64,000 bases of DNA from a virus, in the IMG/VR virus record IMGVR_UViG_3300033485_000002, positions 104,261 to 168,260 of that record; one strand, given 5' to 3'. A model generated the notes under the pieces. It searched no databases. It worked only from the letters and a program-made list of their open reading frames with translations, and was not told the DNA's origin. The translations under genes and the position numbers were made by a program. Position 1 is the first letter of the stretch; every line of letters begins with the position of its first letter. Shown piece by piece: positions 26,630-36,395 of the stretch.

Positions 26630-28357
26630 ATGTCGCACATTCGCAAAGTCCCGTCGCCGTGGGATGATTTCCTTTCGTTAGTAGACACTCCGGATACGTA
26701 TGCCGCGCAGGGGGGCAAGTTTGTCCGGGTGAACTCCACGCCAGATGCGTTGGAATTCACTGATGATGTCGTACCTAAGTCTGGCGCGACAATGACAGGG
26801 TATCTGACCCTGCATGCTGACCCGACGAACGCGATGCATGCTGTCACCAAGCAGTATGTGGACGGCGTGTCGATCGGACTCGACTTCAAGGAGTCAGTAC
26901 GGCTCGCTACCACCGTAACTGATGGAAACCTCGATCTGAACGGTGCTGAAACCATTGACGGTAAGGCTACCGCAGTTGGTAACCGTATTCTTGTTAAGAA
27001 TCAGAGTACAGCATCGGCAAACGGTATCTATGTTGTAGCCGCAGGGGCGTGGTCTCGTGCTACGGATGCTGATTCCAGTGCAGAAGTTACTGCGGGCATG
27101 TTCTGCTTCGTTGAAGATGGTGATACTTACGCCGATACCGGCTGGGTATTGACCACTAACAACCCGATTACCCTTGGCGCTACGGGTTTAACCTTCACTC
27201 AGTTTTCTGGACCGGGGTCATACACTGAAGGTAATGGTATTGACATTACCAATCAGGTTATCTCCGCTGATTTCGAGAACACCGATGGTGAGATTCTTGC
27301 GATCGGTACGCAGGATGCGGGTGATAGTAACAAGGTAGCCCGTGCGGACCACGTTCACGCCCATGGTGATCAACTTGGTGGTTCCTTGCACGCGGATGCC
27401 GTGGCTGGTGTATCTGATGGTTTCATGACTTCCGCAATGGCTACAAAGCTTGATGGGATTGAGGCAGGAGCCGAAGTCAACCAGTATGCCTTCTCGAACG
27501 TGGATGTGAATGGGGCAGAAGTTGTAGTTGCCGCAGACGCTAAGACCGATACTTTGTACCTTATCGAAGCAAACGTTATCAATATCACTGGTAATGCTAC
27601 TGCTGATTCGGTAACCATTGGTCTCTCGAACGGTACTGAAGGCCAAGTCATTCGGATGGGTTCATCTGCTCCGGAATGGTACACCCTCGGGGTTGGTGCC
27701 ACCACGTTCCTCACCCTGACTGACACCCCGGATGACTACACGGATGATGGTGGCAAGCGTGTTGTTGTCAACGCTACCCCGGATGCGCTGATCTTTGAAG
27801 CTAACACCTTCGTGAACATGGATGACACGCCAGCTAACTACACTGATGCGGCGAATAAAATCCTGAAGGTAAACAGTGGTGGAACCGCTGTCGAGTTCGT
27901 GACTGCTGGTACCGTCCCGAGCACTTCGACTACTGGGTACACCCTCTATTGGAATGGCACCACCTGGACGGCATCGAACATCCTCTTTAACGAGCATGCG
28001 AGTGCCGAGGTCGGCATCAACTCCCAGGCTCCGAACTCGACGCTGCATGTCGAGGGGTCTTACTCGGGTAAGGTCTATACCACGACTGCTTCGTATGACC
28101 TTGGATCCGGTTCTAACGGTGCTATCAACACCCTGTTGTGCAATAACACGAGTGGTTCGATCACTATCACGCTTCCGGCTGTGTCCGGTTTAGGTGGTCG
28201 GACGTACCACATTAAGAAGATTGGTGCAGCAGGAAATGATGTCGTGATTGACGGTGCAAGTTCAGAAACCATCGATGGTGCCACTACCTTCACGATGGAC
28301 ATTCAGTATGAGTCGGTCACGCTCGTTTGCAACGGATCAGCTTGGTTCATCGTGTAA
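26630..28357 (+). CDS. tail/head fibre protein
   Basis: PTNAMHAVTKQYVD, RILVKNQ..NGIY..WSRATDAD, ARADHVH and DTP repeat fibre motifs. Confidence 0.8.
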   Translation: MSHIRKVPSPWDDFLSLVDTPDTYAAQGGKFVRVNSTPDALEFTDDVVPKSGATMTGYLTLHADPTNAMHAVTKQYVDGVSIGLDFKESVRLATTVTDGNLDLNGAETIDGKATAVGNRILVKNQSTASANGIYVVAAGAWSRATDADSSAEVTAGMFCFVEDGDTYADTGWVLTTNNPITLGATGLTFTQFSGPGSYTEGNGIDITNQVISADFENTDGEILAIGTQDAGDSNKVARADHVHAHGDQLGGSLHADAVAGVSDGFMTSAMATKLDGIEAGAEVNQYAFSNVDVNGAEVVVAADAKTDTLYLIEANVINITGNATADSVTIGLSNGTEGQVIRMGSSAPEWYTLGVGATTFLTLTDTPDDYTDDGGKRVVVNATPDALIFEANTFVNMDDTPANYTDAANKILKVNSGGTAVEFVTAGTVPSTSTTGYTLYWNGTTWTASNILFNEHASAEVGINSQAPNSTLHVEGSYSGKVYTTTASYDLGSGSNGAINTLLCNNTSGSITITLPAVSGLGGRTYHIKKIGAAGNDVVIDGASSETIDGATTFTMDIQYESVTLVCNGSAWFIV

Positions 28358-28369
28358 CCGGGAGGTTAC

Positions 28370-31108
28370 TTGAGTCATATTCTGGAGTTCCTCGATCTTG
28401 TTGACACTCCAGATACTTTTGGTGCGTCCGGAAGTATCTTAGTAGTCAATGGCACTGGAACTGCGCTGGAATTCGTCACGGGCGTCAACGCCAGTTCCAT
28501 TGGTGGGTCAGCCGTTGGTACTTTAGCCCCATCAGATGGGCAAGTTATTGTTTTTGAGGGTGTAACGAATGACCAGTGGGAGGCTGTAACTCCGGTTTGG
28601 TTGCGTAAAGACGGGGATAGCATGACGGCAGGTGATCTGACGTTATTTCAGAATCCGTCCAACAATATGCATGCGGCCAATAAGAAGTGGATCGAGGACA
28701 ATTTCTCTGCCGGAAGTCATGCTCACGATTCTACTTATTTGAAGCTCGATGCCAGCAATGACCCGATGACGGGTACTTTAGAGTGGACCAATGCTGCTGG
28801 CCCGAGCATCATGAATGAGGCAGCAGACAGTACAAATCCTACGCTCGTTCCTAACAAAGCTGACCCGGATACTGGAGTTGGCTGGAGTACTACAAATATC
28901 CTTTCCCTGGTTGCTGGAGGGGCAGAATCGCTTTCTGTTGCCGCTGGTACTGTTTCTATTGTAGCTAGTGATTTAGTACTAGCTAAAGCTCAGGAGTTAC
29001 AAGGATTAGATTCTGAAGGTACCGCTCGTTCTCTAGTTTCTTTAAATGACTCAACGAATGTTGTTTACTTTGGGGATATACACAATAGTGCCGTTATCTC
29101 TGTTCTTGATACGTTAACTATTACAGGTGGGGATGTTTTACTTGATAATAATGAAACGTATCAAGGAAAACTAGTAGGGGGTACCGTTGTTGGGTTTGCC
29201 GGGATAAACACTTCGGACCAAGTACAACTTGGGAACTCATCTTACCCGCTAGATCTTATTGGGACTAAAACTGTAGCATTTCCCGCACTAGTGAATGCTG
29301 TTGCATTACAATGGCGAGATGCGACTGATACTGGTACAATTACCGCACTTACTGTTAATTCGTCTAATGGTGTGGATGTTGGAACTACCTCATTTTTAAC
29401 AACACTTAAAGGAACTTATATTGTTGCTGACGGGGATATTCGTGTTACTACTGGTGATGCAATTCAGTTCCAAAATGTTAGTGAAACTTGGTTAGATGCT
29501 TTATCGGTTACGAGTAGTGTTTTATACTTAGGAAGTTCTTTTGCTAGCATTGTTATCGATGACCCGATTTCAGCTAATGTTGTGTTAAATAATGCCATCG
29601 TGCTTCAGGGTAAAGAAGTTGGTGGTACTGCCCGAAACCTCATCCTGTTAAATGATAGTGACGAAGTTGAGGTCGGGTCTAGCTCCGTTGAGCTGAATTT
29701 TATGGGGACGCAAATTGATGCTGTCCCGATTCTTACGTGTGATCTAGTATTTAAGGATTCCGCAGGACCAACTATTTTAAACGAAGCCGCCACAGCTACA
29801 AATCCTACTCTTATTCCGAATAGGGCTGATCCTGACACAGGTGTAGGTTGGGGGACAACGAATGAAGCTACACTTATTGCTGGTGGTACAGAGGTTGTCC
29901 GAGTAGCGGGTGGTACAGTTACTGTAACTGCTAGTAATGTTGTACTAAGTAATGCTAAAGCGATACAAGGTAAAACAACCTCAGCGGCTGTACGAGAGTT
30001 AATTGGAGTTGATTCTAGTGATATAGTTGAAGTAGGATCTACTTTTCTAGCCACTCTTATCAATGGTACAAGTGTTACATCCAACACGGATATTCGTGTG
30101 GATGGAGCAAACGCTTATCAGCTCAACCTTGGTGGAACAAGTGGTGTTTTCTCCGATGCTCTGAGTGTTGACAGCACGGGGTCTGATTTCGTTGTCCTTG
30201 GCAACACTAGTTACGAGACGAAGATCAAAACATCAGGTGGGGTAATTCTCGACAACGCAAAAGCGCTTCAAGGTACTGCTCTTATTACAGGTACCTTTTA
30301 CGACCTTATCCAACTTAATGCTTCCAATGAAGTTGCTGTAGGCAATACAAGCGTAGCTTTGAATCTTCTAGGGACGCAAATTGATTCTATCACTGCTCTT
30401 GCGAATACTGTGTACCTTCAGGCGGAAGAGTCGGGAGGAACTGCTCGTAACCTTATCGGGATGGACAGTTCTAATGATGTTGCTGTTGGTAGCACATCTA
30501 ATACGCTTGACCTAAAGTGTACTGATTATGTAACTTTAGATAATATGGGGGTTGTTAGAGTCGGTAATATTTCTGGGGGTAACTACACCGATATATCTGG
30601 TACTGCTGGGAGTCTGTACCAGTACGGAACTTCTATTGTTGATACGGAGAACTATGTAACAGCAGATGAGGGAGTACGCTCCAAATTATTTGAAACAAAC
30701 AAGGTGCAAACTCTTGCCAATGATACTGCTGTAAACCCGTTTACGTGGAACGCAACGACTACTGGGGATCACATCTTCGTGATGATTCCTTATTCATTTT
30801 TCTGTTCGTATACTGAATCTTCCACGACAAAATACTTCCAACAATCTGGGGTTTACTACTGGATGGGGTTCCATGACGGCACGAATATCAACTTGACCAG
30901 CATGTCAGGTTCTATCCCGACCCCGGTTACGGTTAATACGGGCACAGGAACAGTTGCCGTCACGATTAACGCTGGAGCAGATGGTACTCCTCCGAAAGGG
31001 CCGAACTGGAAGATTGCCGTTAGCGGGACAGGTACTTTCGTTTCCGGGAACGTTCAGTACTGCGTTATCTCTTGTGACTCTGACCATCGTGGGTTTAACA
31101 CCCTTTAG
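28370..31108 (+). CDS. long tail fibre protein with internal repeats
   Basis: DTP motif at N-terminus; duplicated GPxIxNEAAxxTNPTLxPNxADPDTGVGW; repeated GTARNLI units; GGAGG SD before TTG. Confidence 0.75.
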   Translation: MSHILEFLDLVDTPDTFGASGSILVVNGTGTALEFVTGVNASSIGGSAVGTLAPSDGQVIVFEGVTNDQWEAVTPVWLRKDGDSMTAGDLTLFQNPSNNMHAANKKWIEDNFSAGSHAHDSTYLKLDASNDPMTGTLEWTNAAGPSIMNEAADSTNPTLVPNKADPDTGVGWSTTNILSLVAGGAESLSVAAGTVSIVASDLVLAKAQELQGLDSEGTARSLVSLNDSTNVVYFGDIHNSAVISVLDTLTITGGDVLLDNNETYQGKLVGGTVVGFAGINTSDQVQLGNSSYPLDLIGTKTVAFPALVNAVALQWRDATDTGTITALTVNSSNGVDVGTTSFLTTLKGTYIVADGDIRVTTGDAIQFQNVSETWLDALSVTSSVLYLGSSFASIVIDDPISANVVLNNAIVLQGKEVGGTARNLILLNDSDEVEVGSSSVELNFMGTQIDAVPILTCDLVFKDSAGPTILNEAATATNPTLIPNRADPDTGVGWGTTNEATLIAGGTEVVRVAGGTVTVTASNVVLSNAKAIQGKTTSAAVRELIGVDSSDIVEVGSTFLATLINGTSVTSNTDIRVDGANAYQLNLGGTSGVFSDALSVDSTGSDFVVLGNTSYETKIKTSGGVILDNAKALQGTALITGTFYDLIQLNASNEVAVGNTSVALNLLGTQIDSITALANTVYLQAEESGGTARNLIGMDSSNDVAVGSTSNTLDLKCTDYVTLDNMGVVRVGNISGGNYTDISGTAGSLYQYGTSIVDTENYVTADEGVRSKLFETNKVQTLANDTAVNPFTWNATTTGDHIFVMIPYSFFCSYTESSTTKYFQQSGVYYWMGFHDGTNINLTSMSGSIPTPVTVNTGTGTVAVTINAGADGTPPKGPNWKIAVSGTGTFVSGNVQYCVISCDSDHRGFNTL

Positions 31109-31116
31109 GAGATCAG

Positions 31117-31368
31117 ATGCCAGTTACACTTTGGCCGACAGGACTTGAAATTACTGACGAGCAAGCAACACGGCTCGATAATTTTGTAGTTGCTATGATG
31201 TTATCTCGATATCGTGACCTACATAATGGAGAAGATCCTCCAGGTTGGCCGAGTCAGCTTGCACATCGGACACTTGCGGAGTGGTCGATTGAGCATTTGA
31301 CCATTTCCCGTGTACGTGCATGGGAAAGAGATATATTGGAAAACTCTGTAACGGTACCGGAGTGGTAA
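31117..31368 (+). CDS. hypothetical protein (possible fibre chaperone)
   Basis: AGGAG SD; directly follows fibre gene. Confidence 0.6.
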   Translation: MPVTLWPTGLEITDEQATRLDNFVVAMMLSRYRDLHNGEDPPGWPSQLAHRTLAEWSIEHLTISRVRAWERDILENSVTVPEW

Positions 31369-31371
31369 TAG

Positions 31372-31400
31372 TTGACGATACCTCTATCTTTAGCTATAAT
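31372..31400 (+). promoter_or_regulatory. sigma70-type promoter
   Basis: TTGACG-N17-TATAAT. Confidence 0.75.
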
Positions 31401-31422
31401 GTAAAGACAGGAGGTAGGAGAA

Positions 31423-31713
31423 ATGTCGTTGACTTTTCAATGGCAGCATCCAGAAGGGTACGTTTCCCCCGAAGCCTACCTGGGTTTTACCGCGATCACA
31501 GTCCGTACTCCGAACGCCGAGGTTATCGCTGAAGTGGGTATCTGGGAGAATAGGCGGGCTTACGAAATTCAGAGCCAGCCGTTGAAGCAGGATACCCTGC
31601 ACGTGGCACTTGAAGACCTCGGGTTGACAGTGGAAGCTTTAACCTTCATCGATCTTCAAACCGCGCTGATGGAGATCCTGAAGCGCAAATACAACATTGG
31701 AGGAAGTGTGTAA
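31423..31713 (+). CDS. hypothetical protein
   Basis: AGGAG SD. Confidence 0.7.
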   Translation: MSLTFQWQHPEGYVSPEAYLGFTAITVRTPNAEVIAEVGIWENRRAYEIQSQPLKQDTLHVALEDLGLTVEALTFIDLQTALMEILKRKYNIGGSV

Positions 31714-32144
31714 TGAGTCACAATGTGGATAAGACGAAGGCCCAGATCCCGCAAGCAGAGACGCAGGAAGCCCCCAAGGTGATCCCGTTGGCCACAGATC
31801 CGGGTACTCTGGTGGACGAGTGGCGGAAGTATCAGGGCTTTGTCGCTCAGGTCAATGTGAAGATCCGGGAGCAGCAGCAAATCGTGGCTAATGCCCAGCA
31901 AGTCATTGAAGAACTGAAAACTCAGGGTTTGCAGGTAGTCGGGCAGGCGAACACCATCTACCGGATTCTGACCGGAATGGGCGTAGACCCCAATAAATAC
32001 GGCTTTTCCGAGGAACCACAGCCCGCTTCTTTTTCTCCCGAGGAAGTGACCCCCCCGGTGATGAAAGCTGTGGAAGCGCCTGTAACTAAAGAGGTTGCGC
32101 GGAATCCGAAGGTCGAAGCGATCAAAAAGCGTTTTTTACGCTAG
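31713..32144 (+). CDS. hypothetical coiled-coil protein
   Basis: GGAGG SD; TAATG coupling. Confidence 0.7.
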   Translation: MSHNVDKTKAQIPQAETQEAPKVIPLATDPGTLVDEWRKYQGFVAQVNVKIREQQQIVANAQQVIEELKTQGLQVVGQANTIYRILTGMGVDPNKYGFSEEPQPASFSPEEVTPPVMKAVEAPVTKEVARNPKVEAIKKRFLR

Positions 32145-32216
32145 TGAGTTGAATCTCGCTTTATTGGGTGTGTGAAGGTAATTGCCCTCCCGAGAGGGCA
32201 ACCCAGGAGAACACCC

Positions 32217-33023
32217 GTGGGCGAGTTTGATTACACTTATGCGGAACGCCAGCGTGATATGAACTCTGAGCACTATCAGAAGTTCTATATCAAAACCCCT
32301 GCTGACACCGTCGAGTTCACCGTTGGTGACGAAACGGCTGAAGTTATCAACGTTGGGCTTCAGGTTGTGGACCCTAATGGGGTACCTGTCGAAGCAGTCA
32401 CTGCGTTAGAGTGCATTGTCTGTAGTGACGCTGAAGGAACAACTCCTGCGGCGATCTCCGATGTTACTGTGGCAGTGGGTACTGATGGCACCATCCTTGA
32501 GACCTATACTGCTAACGCTCGTTTCAAGTTATTGACGGATGACGAGGGTAAGGCGGATCTCGATTTCACGGATGCTGAAGATGCTGCCGAGACGGGATAT
32601 CTTGCCGTTAAGCTGGCTAACGGTAATTACGCCGTGTCCGATGCTTTGACCTGGGGCATTGAGTACGACGTTACGTTCACTATCGGTGCTGAAGCAGGTG
32701 AAGTAATCAACGTTGGTATCCAGGTTGTTAACGCAAATGCTGATCCTGTTGCCGCTGTGATTCCGTTACTGTGCTTTGTGTGCAGTGATGCCCTGGGGGA
32801 GACTGTTGAAGCTATCCCCGATGTAACTGTGGCGGTTGGAACAGACGGAGAGATTACCGCAACTCGTATTGCCAACGTGGACTTCACTTTGACAACGGAA
32901 GCTACAGGGGCGGCGGATCTCGACTTCACGGATGCTGGAGCTGGGGCAGAGACTGGCTATCTTGCCATCAGGCTGCCTAATGGTACGTATGTAGTGTCTA
33001 ACGCATTAACCTGGACGGCATAA
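32217..33023 (+). CDS. acidic two-repeat beta-domain protein (possible capsid decoration)
   Basis: AGGAG SD before GTG; two copies of FTxGxExxxVINV..DLDFTDA..LPNGxYxVSxxLTW. Confidence 0.7.
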   Translation: MGEFDYTYAERQRDMNSEHYQKFYIKTPADTVEFTVGDETAEVINVGLQVVDPNGVPVEAVTALECIVCSDAEGTTPAAISDVTVAVGTDGTILETYTANARFKLLTDDEGKADLDFTDAEDAAETGYLAVKLANGNYAVSDALTWGIEYDVTFTIGAEAGEVINVGIQVVNANADPVAAVIPLLCFVCSDALGETVEAIPDVTVAVGTDGEITATRIANVDFTLTTEATGAADLDFTDAGAGAETGYLAIRLPNGTYVVSNALTWTA

Positions 33024-33063
33024 GCTTTATTGTCAGGACGGATAAGGACTTCAGGAGGATATT

Positions 33064-33519
33064 ATGGGAAGCACGTTTGATTACACTCAACTGGAACGGT
33101 GGAACCGGGACATCACCGCTGGCCATTACCAGAAGTTTTACATCGAGACCCCGGTCGAGGACGTGGAATTCACCATTGGTGCAGAGCAGACGAATGTCAT
33201 CAATGTGGCTTTTCAGGTGGTAGACCCGGCAGGGGACGCTATCAATGAGCAGGTGGTTCTGCAACTGTTCATTTGTAGCGATGATGCAGGCACGACTCCC
33301 GCAGCCGGGAATGTTACTGTGGCTGAGGGAACGGATGGCTCTATCCTCGTAGATGGCACCTCTGGTGCGGGTGAGGGAGCTATCGTTGTGCTTACTGATG
33401 ACGAGGGTAAGGCGGATCTCGACTTTACTGAGGCGGTTGGTGCCGCTACTAAGTATATCGGTTGCATCCTCCCGAACGGTAAGTATCAGGTTTCTACTAT
33501 TCTGACTTGGGGTGCGTAA
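33064..33519 (+). CDS. single-repeat paralog of upstream gene
   Basis: Same domain and FDYT..HYQKFYI N-terminus; AGGAGG SD. Confidence 0.75.
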   Translation: MGSTFDYTQLERWNRDITAGHYQKFYIETPVEDVEFTIGAEQTNVINVAFQVVDPAGDAINEQVVLQLFICSDDAGTTPAAGNVTVAEGTDGSILVDGTSGAGEGAIVVLTDDEGKADLDFTEAVGAATKYIGCILPNGKYQVSTILTWGA

Positions 33520-33547
33520 ACCTCCTGGCTTTCCCTAGCGTGTATTC

Positions 33548-33579
33548 TCGGGGGCCTCTTGGCCCCCGATTTGTTTATT
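33548..33579 (+). terminator. intrinsic terminator
   Basis: TCGGGGGCC-TCTT-GGCCCCCGA then TTTGTTTATT. Confidence 0.75.
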
Positions 33580-33624
33580 GACTGGGGCATGGGTTGATGC
33601 CTAATAGTTGTATGGAGGGAGCGC

Positions 33625-34056
33625 GTGGGTACCTCAGCTATATTAGAACTTGGTGTAGGTGCAGCCGTTGCCCTGCTCATGATCGAGCGGGTGTATGTTT
33701 TGGTGAAGATGATTCTTGACCATAGCAAGAAAAACCCTGTTGATGAAACCATCAAGGTCATGGGGGAGCAACTGCACGATTTATATTCTTGGCACGATAT
33801 CAATGACGATGAAGGGGTTAAGATTTGGTATAACCGCCGCTCAGTCGAACGTGCCGTAGAAAAGATTGCCGATTCCCAGGCGACACAGACAGAGATTCTG
33901 AAGAACCTTACCCGGTTAGCGGAGACTCAAACCGAGCTGACCAAGGAGATTCATAAGAATTCAGCTAATTTGTTCATGAACCTGACGCAATATCGGGAGA
34001 CGACATGTCCGTTTCGGGGATCATTAGAGAAGTTAAAAAACGGGGAGTCAAAGTAA
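33625..34056 (+). CDS. membrane protein, possible holin
   Basis: Single N-terminal TM helix plus coiled-coil; GGAGG SD. Confidence 0.5.
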   Translation: MGTSAILELGVGAAVALLMIERVYVLVKMILDHSKKNPVDETIKVMGEQLHDLYSWHDINDDEGVKIWYNRRSVERAVEKIADSQATQTEILKNLTRLAETQTELTKEIHKNSANLFMNLTQYRETTCPFRGSLEKLKNGESK

Positions 34057-34289
34057 CCCTCGCAGATATCCCGATAGGACGGCAGCCTTCGCCACAAATT
34101 CCTCGGGTGCATGAAGCCATAGAGCGTGAAATCCTGATACAATTTCTCGATAAAATGTTAACTTGGTTTAACGCACTCGCCCTCCAAAACTACGAAAACC
34201 CTGATGTTAACGAAGTGAATGAATTTAGGCGCGAACTCTGCGCCCAGATCAACATGTTAAAAAAGTACAAATCGGCGGACGCGCCGTAA
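34005..34289 (+). CDS. hypothetical protein (start uncertain)
   Basis: Fills the gap before a promoter; helical C-terminus. Confidence 0.45.
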   Translation: MSVSGIIREVKKRGVKVTLADIPIGRQPSPQIPRVHEAIEREILIQFLDKMLTWFNALALQNYENPDVNEVNEFRRELCAQINMLKKYKSADAP

Positions 34290-34293
34290 TGTA

Positions 34294-34323
34294 TTGACAA
34301 GGCAAGGACTTAGGACATATACT
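34294..34323 (+). promoter_or_regulatory. sigma70-type promoter for sigma-factor-like gene
   Basis: TTGACA-N18-TATACT. Confidence 0.6.
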
Positions 34324-34405
34324 ACTTGCTCAGGAGCTGTAATATGACCTTGGCTATTGGGGAAAGAATACGGGCTAAGAAAGGGGTTTTGGGGAGGGGA
34401 TAAGC

Positions 34406-35197
34406 GTGGCTACAGGCTGGTTCAGCTCATTGGGGTGGTGGGATCAGTATGCGGCATACGACGCATTCGATATCTATCGAGCTGAACCAACACGATCACA
34501 CTTAGACATAGCGATCCAACTTGCACTTCCTATTATACGTGTTGTGTATTCGACTCAAAAGTTCAAGATAACGTACTCTGGTGACGAAGACGACTTCATT
34601 TCCCACGCTGCGTACACGATCACAAAAGCCATCCCTAAGATGAGTCAAAAACCACGAGAAAAGCTAGATAATGACAAGAAGTACATGCGCTATTTGTTTA
34701 CTTGTGTGGTCAACGCTTTTTACCGTGAATACGATATCCTCCATGGTAAGCACAACAAGCTTCAACGCCGGGTAACCGAGTACCGACCAAATCTCCAACC
34801 ATCAAGTAGAGGGGAAAAGACCCATCAGTCTCTCGAAGCGGAGCTAACACTTCGAAGACTGCCTGGGCAGTTGTTTATCATTGCGGTGGATGCTATCCGG
34901 TTTGAGGGTAAACCTAAGCGCATTTGTGAATATATCTTGGGACAAATGATTCATGACCGAGAAATCGCGAAGTCGGTCCTTCAGCTCATGGGTTGCAAGG
35001 ACCGACTTTTTTATGAGCAGTACTGTAACTCTGTTCTTTTCCACGCTTTCTTAACGCTTCGGCAGCACAAACCTCAATACGACGAGGAGATGGAGCAAGA
35101 TATTCAGGAGGAATTCCTGAATGAGGTTGAGGACTTCCTGCCTGAAGAGGGCTATGACGCTCTCTTTGCGGCGGAAGAAGAAAGTGAGGTGGCCTGA
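34406..35197 (+). CDS. putative phage (late) RNA polymerase sigma factor, gp55-like
   Basis: EDDFISHAAYTITKAIPKM..YMRYLFTCVVNAFYREY resembles sigma region 2; acidic C-terminal tail as in T4 gp55. Confidence 0.55.
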   Translation: MATGWFSSLGWWDQYAAYDAFDIYRAEPTRSHLDIAIQLALPIIRVVYSTQKFKITYSGDEDDFISHAAYTITKAIPKMSQKPREKLDNDKKYMRYLFTCVVNAFYREYDILHGKHNKLQRRVTEYRPNLQPSSRGEKTHQSLEAELTLRRLPGQLFIIAVDAIRFEGKPKRICEYILGQMIHDREIAKSVLQLMGCKDRLFYEQYCNSVLFHAFLTLRQHKPQYDEEMEQDIQEEFLNEVEDFLPEEGYDALFAAEEESEVA

Positions 35198-35198
35198 T

Positions 35199-35420
35199 AT
35201 GTCATACGCTACTCGGCAGTTTTTGCTGGCTGAAGCTGAGAAGTGGATTCAGAAGGCGACCGCCAGAATGGAAAAGAAAGGCACGAAAGGATCGTTCAGT
35301 GCGGCTGCTTCACGCGCTGGGATGGACACTCGTGCCTATGCTAGAAAAGTTTTGAATGATCCTAATGCAAGTCCCGCGATGAAGAAAAAGGCGAACTTTG
35401 CTCGTAATGTGATGAAGTGA
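35199..35420 (+). CDS. small basic protein, putative internal head protein
   Basis: GAGGT SD; FLLAE leader then KWIQKA..KKANFARN basic domain. Confidence 0.7.
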   Translation: MSYATRQFLLAEAEKWIQKATARMEKKGTKGSFSAAASRAGMDTRAYARKVLNDPNASPAMKKKANFARNVMK

Positions 35421-35424
35421 TTCC

Positions 35425-35556
35425 GGCGTCCTGAGTGTGGACGGCATAGGTGTGTTACTCCGATATTTGGGTTTTCGACTGGTCAGTGTACCAGCCAACT
35501 TTTTACCAGTTAGGAGATCCCCCCTATGTCGCTAGCCCGTTCAGGACGCCTTTTTT
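35425..35556 (+). ncRNA. candidate rod-like structured RNA
   Basis: GGCGTCCTGA/TCAGGACGCC outer stem, CGGCATAGG/CCTATGTCG inner stem, CTCC/GGAG, GACTGGT/ACCAGTT, then T6. Confidence 0.5.
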
Positions 35557-35569
35557 GGATGTATAAGCC

Positions 35570-35827
35570 ATGGATGACAGTAACCTTCTCCCTATGGTCT
35601 TTGGGGAATTGATAGAAAGGGCCAACAAAATCGAACAGTTAACTGATGTTGTCATGGCAGAGTATTATGCTGCTATCAACAATGACGAGAGCTTGATCCC
35701 AGAAGTGGTATCTATCCTCGGGCCGAACACCTTCGAGTTGCTCGTGAAGTACTTTGGCGGACATACAATCCGGATCCCTAAGAGCGAGGATATCCTGGCG
35801 ACTGTGAGGCGTAACAATGGGCAGTGA
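35570..35827 (+). CDS. Mor/C-activator-like protein (N-terminal part only)
   Basis: EVVSILGPNTFELLVKYFGGHTIRIPK matches the Mor family FGGxxIxIP motif; no C-terminal HTH. Confidence 0.6.
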   Translation: MDDSNLLPMVFGELIERANKIEQLTDVVMAEYYAAINNDESLIPEVVSILGPNTFELLVKYFGGHTIRIPKSEDILATVRRNNGQ

Positions 35828-36347
35828 CCAATCTTCGTTAGCGAGGGAGATTGCGAGTCAACTTCTAGAAGCGGTTCAAACTGGTGAAAAGACCGTTGAC
35901 AAGAAGCTTATCGACATGGCCGAGAATGTGCTGCACGCACATTCGGTATATGTGCAGTTGCTGTATGTGGCCATGGTCGTGGATCAGATCACGCAGCTCA
36001 CCTACTACTTCGAGACAGTAGATGAGCTGGTCGAGACGGTGGATATCGAAGATTTTGCCGAAGCATCTACTGCCGAGAAAGTACGCGGTATCGCGGCGAT
36101 GAACCAGGCGATCAAGATCAAAGTGGACGTAATCAATAGTATGATGGCGTCCAAGGATGCGATCGGAATGTTGGTTTCCAGTATGAAGGATACGTTTGGC
36201 AGTGGCGAGCTTTCGATCGCCGAAGCTGGTGTGTCGAAGACGCTGTTGGACAAGTTGAAGGGCTTACCTGCCGAACAGCGGCAACGGGTGCTGACAACTG
36301 CGGTCAATGCTTTACGGACTTCTATGGCTGGAGAAGGCAACGTATAA
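35817..36347 (+). CDS. helical protein, candidate small terminase
   Basis: 176 aa, helical, upstream of terL; positional inference only. Confidence 0.35.
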   Translation: MGSDQSSLAREIASQLLEAVQTGEKTVDKKLIDMAENVLHAHSVYVQLLYVAMVVDQITQLTYYFETVDELVETVDIEDFAEASTAEKVRGIAAMNQAIKIKVDVINSMMASKDAIGMLVSSMKDTFGSGELSIAEAGVSKTLLDKLKGLPAEQRQRVLTTAVNALRTSMAGEGNV

Positions 36348-36395
36348 TGATTGACTCTCAAAAATCAATGGGAAACGGTTGACCCGAGGTGAAGT

